Shown piece by piece: positions 1 to 7,980 of a stretch of DNA of 32,000 nucleotides. The stretch lies in sequence record NC_049435.1, one strand, 5' to 3'. This DNA is from Ruegeria phage vB_RpoP-V12. How positions within the stretch are numbered: position 1 is the first letter of the stretch; each line of letters starts with the position of its first letter. Made by a program: the position numbers and the translations under genes. Below the pieces are notes generated by a model, which worked only from the letters and a program-made list of their open reading frames with translations, was not told where the DNA came from and did not search any database.

Positions 1-142
1 CACCTTAGTCTGGTCAACAGTAAACCGCAGGAACCGGGATCCTGTATGGATGCACATAGTTGATATGAGACAAGTAGAGACTGACCTGAGCACGTCGTAA
101 AAAGGCTCACTCAACCCCAACATAGCTACAAGGAAGCATTCA

Positions 143-1339
143 ATGTCTAACGACGTTTTGAAGCTCTCACCTTCTGAGGTGTATGAGTTCGTGACTGCCG
201 CGCTCAGTCTCAAGCAAGTCCCTTACATCGCTGGCCCGCCTGCCATCGGTAAGTCGCAGGTGGTCCATCAAGTCGCTCAAGATGCGAATGCTTTGATGAT
301 CGACCTTCGTCTGAGCCAAATGCTGAGTGAAGACATGACTGGTCTTCCGGAGCGTGATGAGAAACGCGGCAAAGCTGTGTATCTCCCCTTCGAACAGTTC
401 CCTCTTGAGGGTGATCCCATTCCTGATGGTTACAGCGGCTGGCTGCTGTTCCTTGATGAGCTTTCTTCAGCCACTGAAGAAGTCCTTGCTGCTGCATACA
501 GCTTGATCCTTGATCGGACTGTCGGTGGCAAGAAGTTCCACAACAAGTGTCTGGTCGTGGCCGCTGGCAACCGTGCCAGTGACTCTGCAATTGCACGAGA
601 ACTGCCTGACACTCTGATCACTCGTATGCTCCCCTGTGAGATGAAAATCAGCACCAAAGACTGGCTGTACTGGGCTTCCCAACAGGGAACCAAAGCCAAT
701 GATGCAGTCGTGGACTTCATCAAAAAAGACCCTAAGATGCTGTATGCTCCGACCAAAGCCAAGGAACGTGCTGAACTGGAAACCTATCCCACTCCTCGTG
801 GATGGGAAAAAGTCTTCGCTCATGTGAACATGCATGAGAAGATGACCAAGAAACAACAGGAAGGCGTAGACTCTGCTGGTGTTCCTACAGGTCAGATGGT
901 CATGTCTGGACAGCCCATCTCTGCCATGTGCTTCAATCTCATGGCTGCTGCTGTTGGTCCGATGGCTGCACGCTCGTTCAAGGAAACCTATGACGAGAAC
1001 ATCCAGCTTCCCTATCCGTGGGAGATTGCTCAATCTCCTGCAAGCTCTCGTGTTCCCAGTGCAGGTGTCGCCAAAGCTCGACTGATGAACGATCTGGCCA
1101 AATACTTCATGGAATCTGACTCTCAGACCCGTGACAATGTGCTGATCTACGTCAATCGTGTTGGTGGTGAGTACAGCGAACTGTTCTTGTCTGAGATCAA
1201 AGGCAAGCTGAAAGAGACTCCCAGCGACAAACGTCTGCTGCAAGAGACCTCTGAACGTCTGAATATTGATCCTTTGCTGGGTGCTTCTGGTTCTATCAAG
1301 AAAGGGGGATCGGGCAACGACCCGAGCCAGCCCTTTTAA
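143..1339 (+). CDS. MoxR-like AAA+ ATPase (AAA_5/AAA_3 type)
   Basis: ATG at 143 is preceded by AGGAAG (131-136). Walker A is GPPAIGKS and Walker B is LLFLDELS. The AAGNR and DTLITRM segments are typical of MoxR/CobS-type ATPases. It lies next to a VWA gene, the usual partner. Confidence 0.85.
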   Translation: MSNDVLKLSPSEVYEFVTAALSLKQVPYIAGPPAIGKSQVVHQVAQDANALMIDLRLSQMLSEDMTGLPERDEKRGKAVYLPFEQFPLEGDPIPDGYSGWLLFLDELSSATEEVLAAAYSLILDRTVGGKKFHNKCLVVAAGNRASDSAIARELPDTLITRMLPCEMKISTKDWLYWASQQGTKANDAVVDFIKKDPKMLYAPTKAKERAELETYPTPRGWEKVFAHVNMHEKMTKKQQEGVDSAGVPTGQMVMSGQPISAMCFNLMAAAVGPMAARSFKETYDENIQLPYPWEIAQSPASSRVPSAGVAKARLMNDLAKYFMESDSQTRDNVLIYVNRVGGEYSELFLSEIKGKLKETPSDKRLLQETSERLNIDPLLGASGSIKKGGSGNDPSQPF

Positions 1340-1395
1340 GAAGCAAAACAAACAGTCATCCAACAACAACCCTTTGAGTGGAAAAGGAAAATCCT

Positions 1396-2733
1396 ATGGA
1401 GAGCATGTTGAACAAGGCTGGGGAAAGTTTGTTAAACCACACCCAGACATCGACCTCATCAGTCCAGAAGACGATCTCGACTCCCTCTGGAACAATGGGA
1501 GTTGGTGAGCTTCTGAGTGCTGACGACACGCTGAAAAGCTATGTCGAAGAAATGGTGATCACAGATAACCGATTCAAAGGCATGAGTCGGTATATCTTTG
1601 ACATCAACTTCTATTGGAGCACAGCTATTGCTACTGCTTGTGCTGGTCATGGATTCATCTTCTTCAACCCTCAGTGGTGGGACAAGATGATCCATGAAGA
1701 ACGGAAGACCGTGATTGCTCATGAGATCTGGCATCTCATTTGTAACCACCTCGAAAGAGGAAAAGACAAGGATCCTGAATCCTACAACATTGCTGGTGAT
1801 CATGTGATCAACCTGAACTGCCACAATGATGGTTTCATCACGACTCTGAACAACACTGGTAAACCCAACACCAACTTTGGTGGTGCTGGGATGGTCATTG
1901 ATGAACGCTTCAGAGGCATGGGAACTGATGCAATCTACAAGATTGTCCATGCAGAACGTAAGAAAGATCCGAACTCTCACGGTCCTTCCAATGCTCCTTC
2001 TACTGATCAGATCGAAGAACTGGTTCAGCAAGCTCTTGAAGGAACTGGCAAAGATCTTCAGCAACAAGCTGAAGAACATGAGAAAGATCGTCAGAAAGCT
2101 GTAGATCAAGGACAGCAAGCTGGGTCTGGTGCTGGAACAAACTCAGACATCCTTCGAACTGAAGGAATGAGGATCTTCATTAAGACTGCCACCTATGAAG
2201 AGATCTTTGAAGAGTATCTCACTGATCCTCTAACTGGTGGTAAAAGGACGTATATGCGTCCCTCTCGTCGCCAAGCCAAAGATGGTCTTAGACTCAAAGG
2301 CAAGTATCCCAAACGTGGACGCAAAAACCGTTTGACCCATCTTGTCTATGCACTGGATGTCTCTGGTTCAATCACTGCTCATCAAAAAAAGCAGTTCTTG
2401 GCTTCGGCTAAGACATTGAAAGAAAAGCTGAATCCGCAATTGATGACTGTCATGCTCTGGGATGACGGCATTCGATTCGAAAAAACTTTTCGTGAAGATG
2501 AGCTTCTCGACAACATTCATGTGATGTCTGGAGGTGGTACAAATCTCAATCCTGTCTACAAGCGTGTTCAACAAATCATGCCTGAAGCACTGGTGATCTT
2601 CACTGACCTTGTTGTGAACATTCCTCCCAAGCCTGATTGGGAAACCATCTGGTTTGTTCCCACAATGGGAATCGGAGATTACTACCTGAAAGCAGTCACT
2701 TATGGTGACATCTACCTGATTCCGGAGAAGTGA
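1396..2733 (+). CDS. VWA-domain protein with N-terminal HExxH metallopeptidase-like domain (DUF2201-like)
   Basis: The HEIWHLICNH motif (HExxH) lies in the N-terminal half. The C-terminal half has the VWA MIDAS-like start LDVSGSIT and a FTDL strand. I chose ATG 1396 (AAAGGAAAA upstream) over the GTG at 1378 in the track, so the start is uncertain by a few codons. Confidence 0.8.
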   Translation: MESMLNKAGESLLNHTQTSTSSVQKTISTPSGTMGVGELLSADDTLKSYVEEMVITDNRFKGMSRYIFDINFYWSTAIATACAGHGFIFFNPQWWDKMIHEERKTVIAHEIWHLICNHLERGKDKDPESYNIAGDHVINLNCHNDGFITTLNNTGKPNTNFGGAGMVIDERFRGMGTDAIYKIVHAERKKDPNSHGPSNAPSTDQIEELVQQALEGTGKDLQQQAEEHEKDRQKAVDQGQQAGSGAGTNSDILRTEGMRIFIKTATYEEIFEEYLTDPLTGGKRTYMRPSRRQAKDGLRLKGKYPKRGRKNRLTHLVYALDVSGSITAHQKKQFLASAKTLKEKLNPQLMTVMLWDDGIRFEKTFREDELLDNIHVMSGGGTNLNPVYKRVQQIMPEALVIFTDLVVNIPPKPDWETIWFVPTMGIGDYYLKAVTYGDIYLIPEK

Positions 2734-2734
2734 T

Positions 2735-3013
2735 ATGCTGGTTCTCAAGCTCGAACTTCACAGTGCTCAGACTGGAGAAATCACTGAGATCGGACGTACC
2801 ATCATCGCCAATGTTGGTAGTACGTCTGAGCTTGGGAATTATCTCTGCAAGGTTGCTCGCAAACAGCCTGATGGCTCTGAGTATTCCAATACCAAAGTGT
2901 GGAAAAATCCTCTTCGCACAGGAACTGTCACTGGGTATCCCAGACTTCGTTACAACGTCTGGAGACTGGTGATTCGTTCCCTTCTTGCTGCTTTTCCTGA
3001 GGAACGCAAATGA
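2735..3013 (+). CDS. hypothetical protein
   Basis: ATG lies 1 nt after the upstream stop, with GGAGAAG upstream. It is in series with neighbouring + strand genes and its stop overlaps the next start (ATGA). Confidence 0.6.
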   Translation: MLVLKLELHSAQTGEITEIGRTIIANVGSTSELGNYLCKVARKQPDGSEYSNTKVWKNPLRTGTVTGYPRLRYNVWRLVIRSLLAAFPEERK

Positions 3014-3474
3014 ACTGGACCGAAGCCAACATGCAAGGTGATGAAGAAGCACGTCTTTTGACTACTCTGGAGGATGAACTCTACCATCCCACACCCGAAG
3101 AAGAACGTGACTACTGGGCTGGAGAAGGCCATTTGGTCTTCCATGTCCTGTCATATGACCCGACTTCCAAATACTGCCCTTATGAAATCGACTACGACGA
3201 TTACTCTGGTTGTGTTGGTGGTCTGCAAGAATCTCTTGGACTCGATTACGCAATCAATGAAGGTATCCTCGACGTAGGGAAACTTCAGATTGGTATGACC
3301 TATGAAGTCCGTGGCATCACAGTTCACTTCACTCGCGGTGACGGATGGATGACTGATGACGACGCTGATTACTACGTCGAATCTGTCACCAAGATCCTCT
3401 ATCCCACCCGCTTCATCAAAGCATGGTGGTGGCATCTTATCGGCCATCGCATCAGAAACTGGAGAAAATCATGA
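3010..3474 (+). CDS. hypothetical acidic protein
   Basis: ATGA overlap with the upstream gene and an uninterrupted 154-codon frame. No motif recognised. Confidence 0.6.
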   Translation: MNWTEANMQGDEEARLLTTLEDELYHPTPEEERDYWAGEGHLVFHVLSYDPTSKYCPYEIDYDDYSGCVGGLQESLGLDYAINEGILDVGKLQIGMTYEVRGITVHFTRGDGWMTDDDADYYVESVTKILYPTRFIKAWWWHLIGHRIRNWRKS

Positions 3475-3950
3475 CCAAAACCAATACAAAACTGACTGAA
3501 GTCATCACGACTGAAGAATCCCCCAGCTACAAGCGTCAGCGTATGCTGGAAGTCCGTCAGATCGTCGCAAACGCTGTGAAGAACAACCAGCGTGTCGATC
3601 AACTGGGCTTCACTGGGACTGACATCGCTCGTTCTCAGATTGCTCTGCAAGATCTGCTGGACAAGGAACGTCAGAAGCATTCTCGTGCTCGTCACCACAT
3701 CCTGAATCTGAAGGATGACACCATGTTCCTGTCTGATGTCATGCAAATGACCCAGACTGGCATGATGATGATCATCTCTGATCTGTCAGCCAAAGTGCTG
3801 CATCAGGACAAGATGCTGAACGCTGCTCACGATGAATGCTTTCGTCTGGCTTCCGGCTGGCACGATGCCATGAAGAGTCAATATGAGATGCAGACTGAAA
3901 ATGCTGCTCTGAAGACCAGTCTCAAAGTTGCTCTGCGAGATGCAGTATGA
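3471..3950 (+). CDS. hypothetical protein, coiled-coil-like
   Basis: The in-frame ATG at 3471 forms an ATGA overlap with the previous stop. The longer track ORF from 3423 would overlap by 52 nt. The sequence is rich in Q/K/L/M, with heptad-like character. Confidence 0.6.
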   Translation: MTKTNTKLTEVITTEESPSYKRQRMLEVRQIVANAVKNNQRVDQLGFTGTDIARSQIALQDLLDKERQKHSRARHHILNLKDDTMFLSDVMQMTQTGMMMIISDLSAKVLHQDKMLNAAHDECFRLASGWHDAMKSQYEMQTENAALKTSLKVALRDAV

Positions 3951-4234
3951 CCCAGCGTCTTTACTGTGTCTGGAGGGTAGATGGAGAGTTCTCCATTACA
4001 GACATTGATGTGTCATTTCGTGACAAAGATTTCAACACTATCGTCAAAGAAGCTATCCGTAAGGATGCTGACGATATGGGGATGTCTGCTTTCTTGAACA
4101 AAGAAGACAAAAAGCAACACATCAATGACCTCATCGCCATTGCAACTGATTCAGACCATCCGGCTTTCATTGGTTATGAAATGCCTATGGTCATTGTTGC
4201 AGATCCTGAAACCATTGAATTCATTGGAGCTTAA
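3947..4234 (+). CDS. hypothetical protein
   Basis: ATGA overlap with the upstream gene; 95 codons. No motif recognised. Confidence 0.55.
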   Translation: MTQRLYCVWRVDGEFSITDIDVSFRDKDFNTIVKEAIRKDADDMGMSAFLNKEDKKQHINDLIAIATDSDHPAFIGYEMPMVIVADPETIEFIGA

Positions 4235-4235
4235 T

Positions 4236-4664
4236 ATGCGTCCCAGATTTGATGAATGGGCTTTGGGGCTGGCTGAAGCCGTCTCCAAACGCTCTCGTGA
4301 TCCCTCGACCAAGGTCGGAGCCGTGATCATTCGTCCTGACAAGACGATTGCTTCTATGGGCTACAACGGCTTTCCTCGAACCATGGAAGACAAAGAAGAG
4401 TGGTGGTCTGACAGGCCACAGAAATACTCTCGTGTCATCCATGGTGAGATGAATGCTCTTCTCAATGCCAAAGAACCCGTGCTAGGAATGACGCTCTACT
4501 GCACTCATCCGTGCTGTGAGCACTGTGCAAAGCACATCATTGCTGCGGGAATCACTCGTGTTGTCTTTGGCACCAGCGAAGAAATCCGTCAGCGTTTCGA
4601 CATCGCAAAATCTCTCGAACTCTTCGAAGATTGCGGTGTTGAAGTCATCGAACTGGAGATCTGA
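4236..4664 (+). CDS. dCMP deaminase (cytidine/deoxycytidylate deaminase fold)
   Basis: Zinc-binding motifs HGEMNA and PCCEHC (H[AG]E ... PCxxC) are present. ATG 4236 lies 1 nt after the previous TAA, with GGAG at 4225-4228. The track ORF from 4125 is an upstream extension in the same frame. Confidence 0.85.
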   Translation: MRPRFDEWALGLAEAVSKRSRDPSTKVGAVIIRPDKTIASMGYNGFPRTMEDKEEWWSDRPQKYSRVIHGEMNALLNAKEPVLGMTLYCTHPCCEHCAKHIIAAGITRVVFGTSEEIRQRFDIAKSLELFEDCGVEVIELEI

Positions 4665-5093
4665 ATGACAGAAGTTGGACAAACAGCTTCGGGAGCAAAA
4701 CGTGAATCCATTGGAACCAAGATTGATACTGATCTGGTTCCATTTGAACTAATCGCAGCGGCTGCTGTCGGTCTGGGCTTGGGTGAACACAAGTATGCTG
4801 CTCGCAACTTTGAGAAAGGACTGAGCTATCGGTCCTTGATCAACTCACTGGAACGTCACTGTAAAGCATTGAAAGACGGGGAAGAATTCGATGCAGATAC
4901 GGGCATTCCTCATTACATGCTGATTGCATCCTCCACTGCTATGTTGGTTCACAACATCATGCAGGGTGTGATCATTGATGATCGTGCTCCTCCCAAGAAC
5001 TACAAGCTCGACATCGCAGATGTTGCCAAGCTCGCTCAAACTGAGTTGAACAAGGCAATTGAATTCTGGGAGACCAAGAATGCAAACAAGTAA
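4665..5093 (+). CDS. dATP/dGTP diphosphohydrolase-like domain protein (DUF5664-like)
   Basis: The pattern TDLVPFELIAAAAVGLGLGEHKYAARNFEKG ... LERHCKALKDGEEFDADTGIPH resembles, from memory, the N-terminal dNTP diphosphohydrolase domain family. ATG directly abuts the deaminase stop (TGAATG). Confidence 0.55.
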   Translation: MTEVGQTASGAKRESIGTKIDTDLVPFELIAAAAVGLGLGEHKYAARNFEKGLSYRSLINSLERHCKALKDGEEFDADTGIPHYMLIASSTAMLVHNIMQGVIIDDRAPPKNYKLDIADVAKLAQTELNKAIEFWETKNANK

Positions 5094-5973
5094 TCTGGTC
5101 TACAATCATCCCGGTCAGCCACAAATGCAGGTAGAAGTCATCTTGGCCTCTGCCAGCAACACTGGCTCTCCTCCTATCTACACCATTCGACTGAGATATC
5201 CTCGTCCCATTCATGGTGAGATCATGACTCATCGAGTCTTTGGTCGAAATGCTCGATCTTCTCGTGCAGTTCCTGTCCTAACCATGCTCAACGAAGTGCA
5301 AAACACTCCGTATGTTCCTTGGCATTGGCTCAAGAACAAGCGTGGGATGCAAGGAACTGAACGTCTGACTCCTGAAGAAGAACAGAAAGCCATTCAAATC
5401 TGGCTCACTGCTCGTGATCGTGCTGTCGAATCTGTCATTGAACTGTTTGATCCTAATGGACTGAACATTCATAAACAGAATCCAAATCGTCTGCTGGAAC
5501 CTTTCTCGTGGATCGACACTCTGATCACTGCTACCCAATGGCAGAACTTCCTGTGGCTTCGTCAACATCATGCTGCTGAACCACATCTTCAAGATCTTGC
5601 CAATCTGGTTGCTGATGCAATGCAATACTGCACTGTTCAGCATCTGGAATTCGGTGAATGGCATCTGCCATACATCAGCGAAGAAGAGAAACGACTCTAC
5701 CATACAGACGTGCTCAAGAAGCTGTCTGCTGCTCGGTGTGCTCGAATCTCGTACAAACCTTTCAATGGTGAGGCTTCAATTGAAGCTGAACTTGAACGGT
5801 ACAACCTGCTCGTCACTGATGAACGGGTTCATGCTTCGCCTCTGGAACATCAGGCTTCACCTGATAACTACAATGCAGCCAATGGAAAATGGGATCATTC
5901 CCAATTCCATGGGAATCTTACAGGATGGATCCAAGCTCGTAAGCTGGTTCCAAATGAAGTTTACCACGGCTGA
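5080..5973 (+). CDS. thyX: FAD-dependent thymidylate synthase, divergent ThyX
   Basis: THRVFGRNARSSRA matches the ThyX signature (R)HRxxxxxxxSxR with substitutions. Downstream HASPLEHQA matches the conserved H-x-S-x-x-EH. ATG 5080 is preceded by GGGAGA, and the TTG at 5059 is an alternative start. Confidence 0.8.
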   Translation: MQTSNLVYNHPGQPQMQVEVILASASNTGSPPIYTIRLRYPRPIHGEIMTHRVFGRNARSSRAVPVLTMLNEVQNTPYVPWHWLKNKRGMQGTERLTPEEEQKAIQIWLTARDRAVESVIELFDPNGLNIHKQNPNRLLEPFSWIDTLITATQWQNFLWLRQHHAAEPHLQDLANLVADAMQYCTVQHLEFGEWHLPYISEEEKRLYHTDVLKKLSAARCARISYKPFNGEASIEAELERYNLLVTDERVHASPLEHQASPDNYNAANGKWDHSQFHGNLTGWIQARKLVPNEVYHG

Positions 5974-5985
5974 GGCTCATGCTAA

Positions 5986-6016
5986 GGGAGTCCTGACCCT
6001 CAAGGAAAGGACTCCC
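5986..6016 (+). promoter_or_regulatory. perfect 9-bp stem / 13-nt loop hairpin covering the ribosome-binding region of the next gene
   Basis: GGGAGTCCT (5986-5994) is the exact reverse complement of AGGACTCCC (6008-6016). The loop GACCCTCAAGGAA plus the 3' arm hold the only purine-rich SD-like sequence before ATG 6018. No T-run follows, so it is not a classic terminator. Confidence 0.4.
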
Positions 6017-6017
6017 C

Positions 6018-7169
6018 ATGAGTAAGTATCATGATTACTGGGTCCAAAATGGGAAACCATCTTATACAGATGTAGCTCTCCATTTTGGTGTCAACGAATC
6101 CACAGCCCGAAAATCCATTACTACCAAAGAAAAAAGGCTCAATTCCCGTGATCTTGCTGAACAAGCAGTGATTGATGGGATGGATGCTCTAGGCTTTGAC
6201 GGTGTACCTGACGGGGGTTGGGTCAAATCCCAAACTCCAGACAAACACGGTCGGACCTATTCTTTCCGGTTCTCCAAAGAGAAAGAAGATGAAGAAAACA
6301 AGATTCAGCGTATTGCTGCTATGTTCTCTTCCACCTCTCCAGTCCTTTTCACACCACCTCCTCTACTCCTCACCAAACGTGTGAAGAAAGCCTTCATTTC
6401 CATCAACGATCTGCATTCTGGTGCTCTCGCTTGGGGGAAAGAAACAGGCTACGGAGACTGGGATCTTGAGATCGCAATGTCCCGTCTTCATCAGTGGCTC
6501 TGTCGTCTCTTCGATCATGTCGAAAAAGAAGGCGTTCAAGAGATCATCCTCTACTACAATGGTGATGTTCTCCACGCCAACGGCCAAGTACCAATGACTG
6601 CCACTCACGGCTCAGATCACATCCTTGATGTCGATTCTCGTCACTTCAAAGTAGTTGATGTCACTGGTGAACAAATCATTCATACCACTGATATCGCTGC
6701 ACAAATCGCTGATGTACGTCTCGTCATCAAGCGAGGGAACCATGACGGAGACAGTTATCTGGCTTTACTTCAGGGTGCCAAGTGGCGATACTTCAACCAA
6801 CCAAACGTCACTGTTGAGATGGATCCCAATTCCTATTGGGCGCACATCTTCGGCAAAGTGGCTCTTTTTGGTCATCATGGCGACAAGATCAAACCTGATC
6901 GTCTCATCATGCAGTTCCTCCAACGCTATCGCAAAGATATTGCTGACGTGGAACACATCACTGTCTGGACAGGGGACAAGCATCACCGTAAGGTCGAGCA
7001 GTTCCCCGGTGTGATGTGGGAACAAGCCTCCAACTGGTCAGAACCTGATCTCTATGGTTCAGCTTTTGGAGAAACTGCGATGGCTCAAGCAGTCATCTAT
7101 GATGAACTCGAAGGTGAGGTATCACGGTTTACAGTGAAAGCCTACCAAGTATTTGGAGACGACCAATGA
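6018..7169 (+). CDS. calcineurin-like metallophosphoesterase with N-terminal HTH-like segment
   Basis: The ordered motifs are NDLHSG (DxH), YNGDVLH (GD), RGNHDG (GNHD), GHHGDK and TGDKHH. The N-terminal ~45 aa (SYTDVALHFGVNESTARKSI) look like a helix-turn-helix. Confidence 0.7.
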   Translation: MSKYHDYWVQNGKPSYTDVALHFGVNESTARKSITTKEKRLNSRDLAEQAVIDGMDALGFDGVPDGGWVKSQTPDKHGRTYSFRFSKEKEDEENKIQRIAAMFSSTSPVLFTPPPLLLTKRVKKAFISINDLHSGALAWGKETGYGDWDLEIAMSRLHQWLCRLFDHVEKEGVQEIILYYNGDVLHANGQVPMTATHGSDHILDVDSRHFKVVDVTGEQIIHTTDIAAQIADVRLVIKRGNHDGDSYLALLQGAKWRYFNQPNVTVEMDPNSYWAHIFGKVALFGHHGDKIKPDRLIMQFLQRYRKDIADVEHITVWTGDKHHRKVEQFPGVMWEQASNWSEPDLYGSAFGETAMAQAVIYDELEGEVSRFTVKAYQVFGDDQ

Positions 7170-7387
7170 TGGACAAAGCCAAAATCGAAAGCCTGTTTCG
7201 ATATGCTCATTTTCCTGAGCATCTTCAGGCTGTGAGCAAACCATTCCATGATCTTGCTCTCACTCTCATTGCTGAACTGCCTCAGTCAGCAGAACTGACA
7301 CTGGCTATTCGTAGCCTGTGGGAAGCGAAGAATCTCGCAGTCTTCGCAAAAGTGGAAGCCAAAGATAAGGAGGTGGCAAATGTTTGA
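7166..7387 (+). CDS. hypothetical protein
   Basis: ATGA overlap with the upstream gene; 73 codons. No motif recognised. Confidence 0.55.
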   Translation: MMDKAKIESLFRYAHFPEHLQAVSKPFHDLALTLIAELPQSAELTLAIRSLWEAKNLAVFAKVEAKDKEVANV

Positions 7388-7493
7388 GTTCGTAATTGGA
7401 ATGGGGGTGGGCCTTGTGCTGGGCTGGAATCTCATTCCTCAGCCCGCATGGGTACGCAACCTCTATTCCCGCTGGTTCGTAGAAGGGAGGTGA
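7380..7493 (+). CDS. small (37 aa) single-pass membrane protein, below the size cut-off of the ORF track
   Basis: ATG 7380 is preceded by a strong SD, AAGGAGGT (7367-7374). It translates to MFEFVIGMGVGLVLGWNLIPQPAWVRNLYSRWFVEGR, with a hydrophobic N-terminal helix. It overlaps the previous stop by 8 nt and lies just upstream of a terminator. Confidence 0.45.
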   Translation: MFEFVIGMGVGLVLGWNLIPQPAWVRNLYSRWFVEGR

Positions 7494-7539
7494 TCCCGTA
7501 TCTCCCTGTGATCCTACGGATCCAGCGGTAACAATGAAG

Positions 7540-7570
7540 CCCCCCTGCCATTAGGTAGGGGGGTTTTTTT
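7540..7570 (+). terminator. rho-independent terminator
   Basis: CCCCCCTGCC (7540-7549), loop ATTA, GGTAGGGGGG (7554-7563, one G-U pair), followed by seven T residues (7564-7570). Confidence 0.8.
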
Positions 7571-7647
7571 ATTGACTTTCAGTTTAATATGGTCATGCAA
7601 ACCTGCACATGGTAAAGCAAGCTAAACTAATCGCATGAGGGTATAAC

Positions 7648-7980
7648 ATGGCAGACGAAGTTCGATATGAATTCACCCGAGGTGATGATTTCAAAATCCC
7701 TATGACTCTCACAGACCCTGCCAACAACGGGGTTCCTGTTGATATCACCGGATGGACGATTGCTTCTCAGGTTCGATACGCTCGCAAACTGATCTCTGAA
7801 CTCGACGTAACCATTACCAATGGTTCTCTGGGTCAGTTCACCATCAGTCTTCCTCATGCTCAAACGGCTCTCTGGCCTGTTCGTGTTCTCAAATGCGACA
7901 TCCAGTTTGATCGTCCAGTCGAAGGTCGTGTTTCTTCACGTACCTTCTTGATTGACTGCATGGAGGATCAAACTCAATGA
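7648..7980 (+). CDS. hypothetical virion-associated-like protein (small beta-sandwich type)
   Basis: This is the first gene after the terminator and a 77-nt spacer, with GAGGG upstream of the ATG. The sequence style (FTRGDDFKIPMTL ... GQFTISL) recalls Ig-like N-terminal domains of baseplate/fibre proteins. The family is not identified. Confidence 0.6.
   Translation: MADEVRYEFTRGDDFKIPMTLTDPANNGVPVDITGWTIASQVRYARKLISELDVTITNGSLGQFTISLPHAQTALWPVRVLKCDIQFDRPVEGRVSSRTFLIDCMEDQTQ

Noticed and set aside
2-100. Open frame running from the window edge to TAA at 98-100, possibly the 3' end of an upstream gene.
   Set aside because: Only 33 codons are visible and another frame is open to 63. That is too little sequence to support a call.
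467-1369. Long minus-strand ORFs. Examples are 467-1369, 1459-2118, 12256-12900, 15031-15792, 19333-19974, 28224-28838 and 30053-30781.
   Set aside because: Each lies entirely antisense to a + strand gene with recognisable conserved motifs. Their translations are Ser/Arg/Leu/His-rich with no motifs, and none has a convincing SD or sits in a gap. They are shadow ORFs of a one-strand gene array.
4665-5093. Idea that the dATP/dGTP diphosphohydrolase-like protein plus MazG indicates a 2-aminoadenine (Z) genome.
   Set aside because: No PurZ-like adenylosuccinate synthetase homologue or HD-type dATPase is present in this window. ThyX and dCMP deaminase point to ordinary thymidine metabolism. This is pure speculation without the rest of the genome.
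7510-7522. Small hairpin GATCC-TAC-GGATC (5-bp stem, 3-nt loop with central purine), reminiscent of N4 virion-RNAP hairpin promoters.
   Set aside because: It lies about 20 nt upstream of a strong terminator, so a transcript starting here would be terminated at once. Such short hairpins occur by chance, and the flanking consensus cannot be verified from memory.
7572-7628. Sigma70-type promoter after the terminator: TTGACT at 7572-7577, TAATAT at 7585-7590 and TAAACT at 7623-7628.
   Set aside because: The -35-like and -10-like hexamers are 7 nt apart rather than 16-18, and TAAACT has no matching -35. A promoter may well be here, but I cannot define it, and N4-like phages use their own polymerases for early and middle genes.
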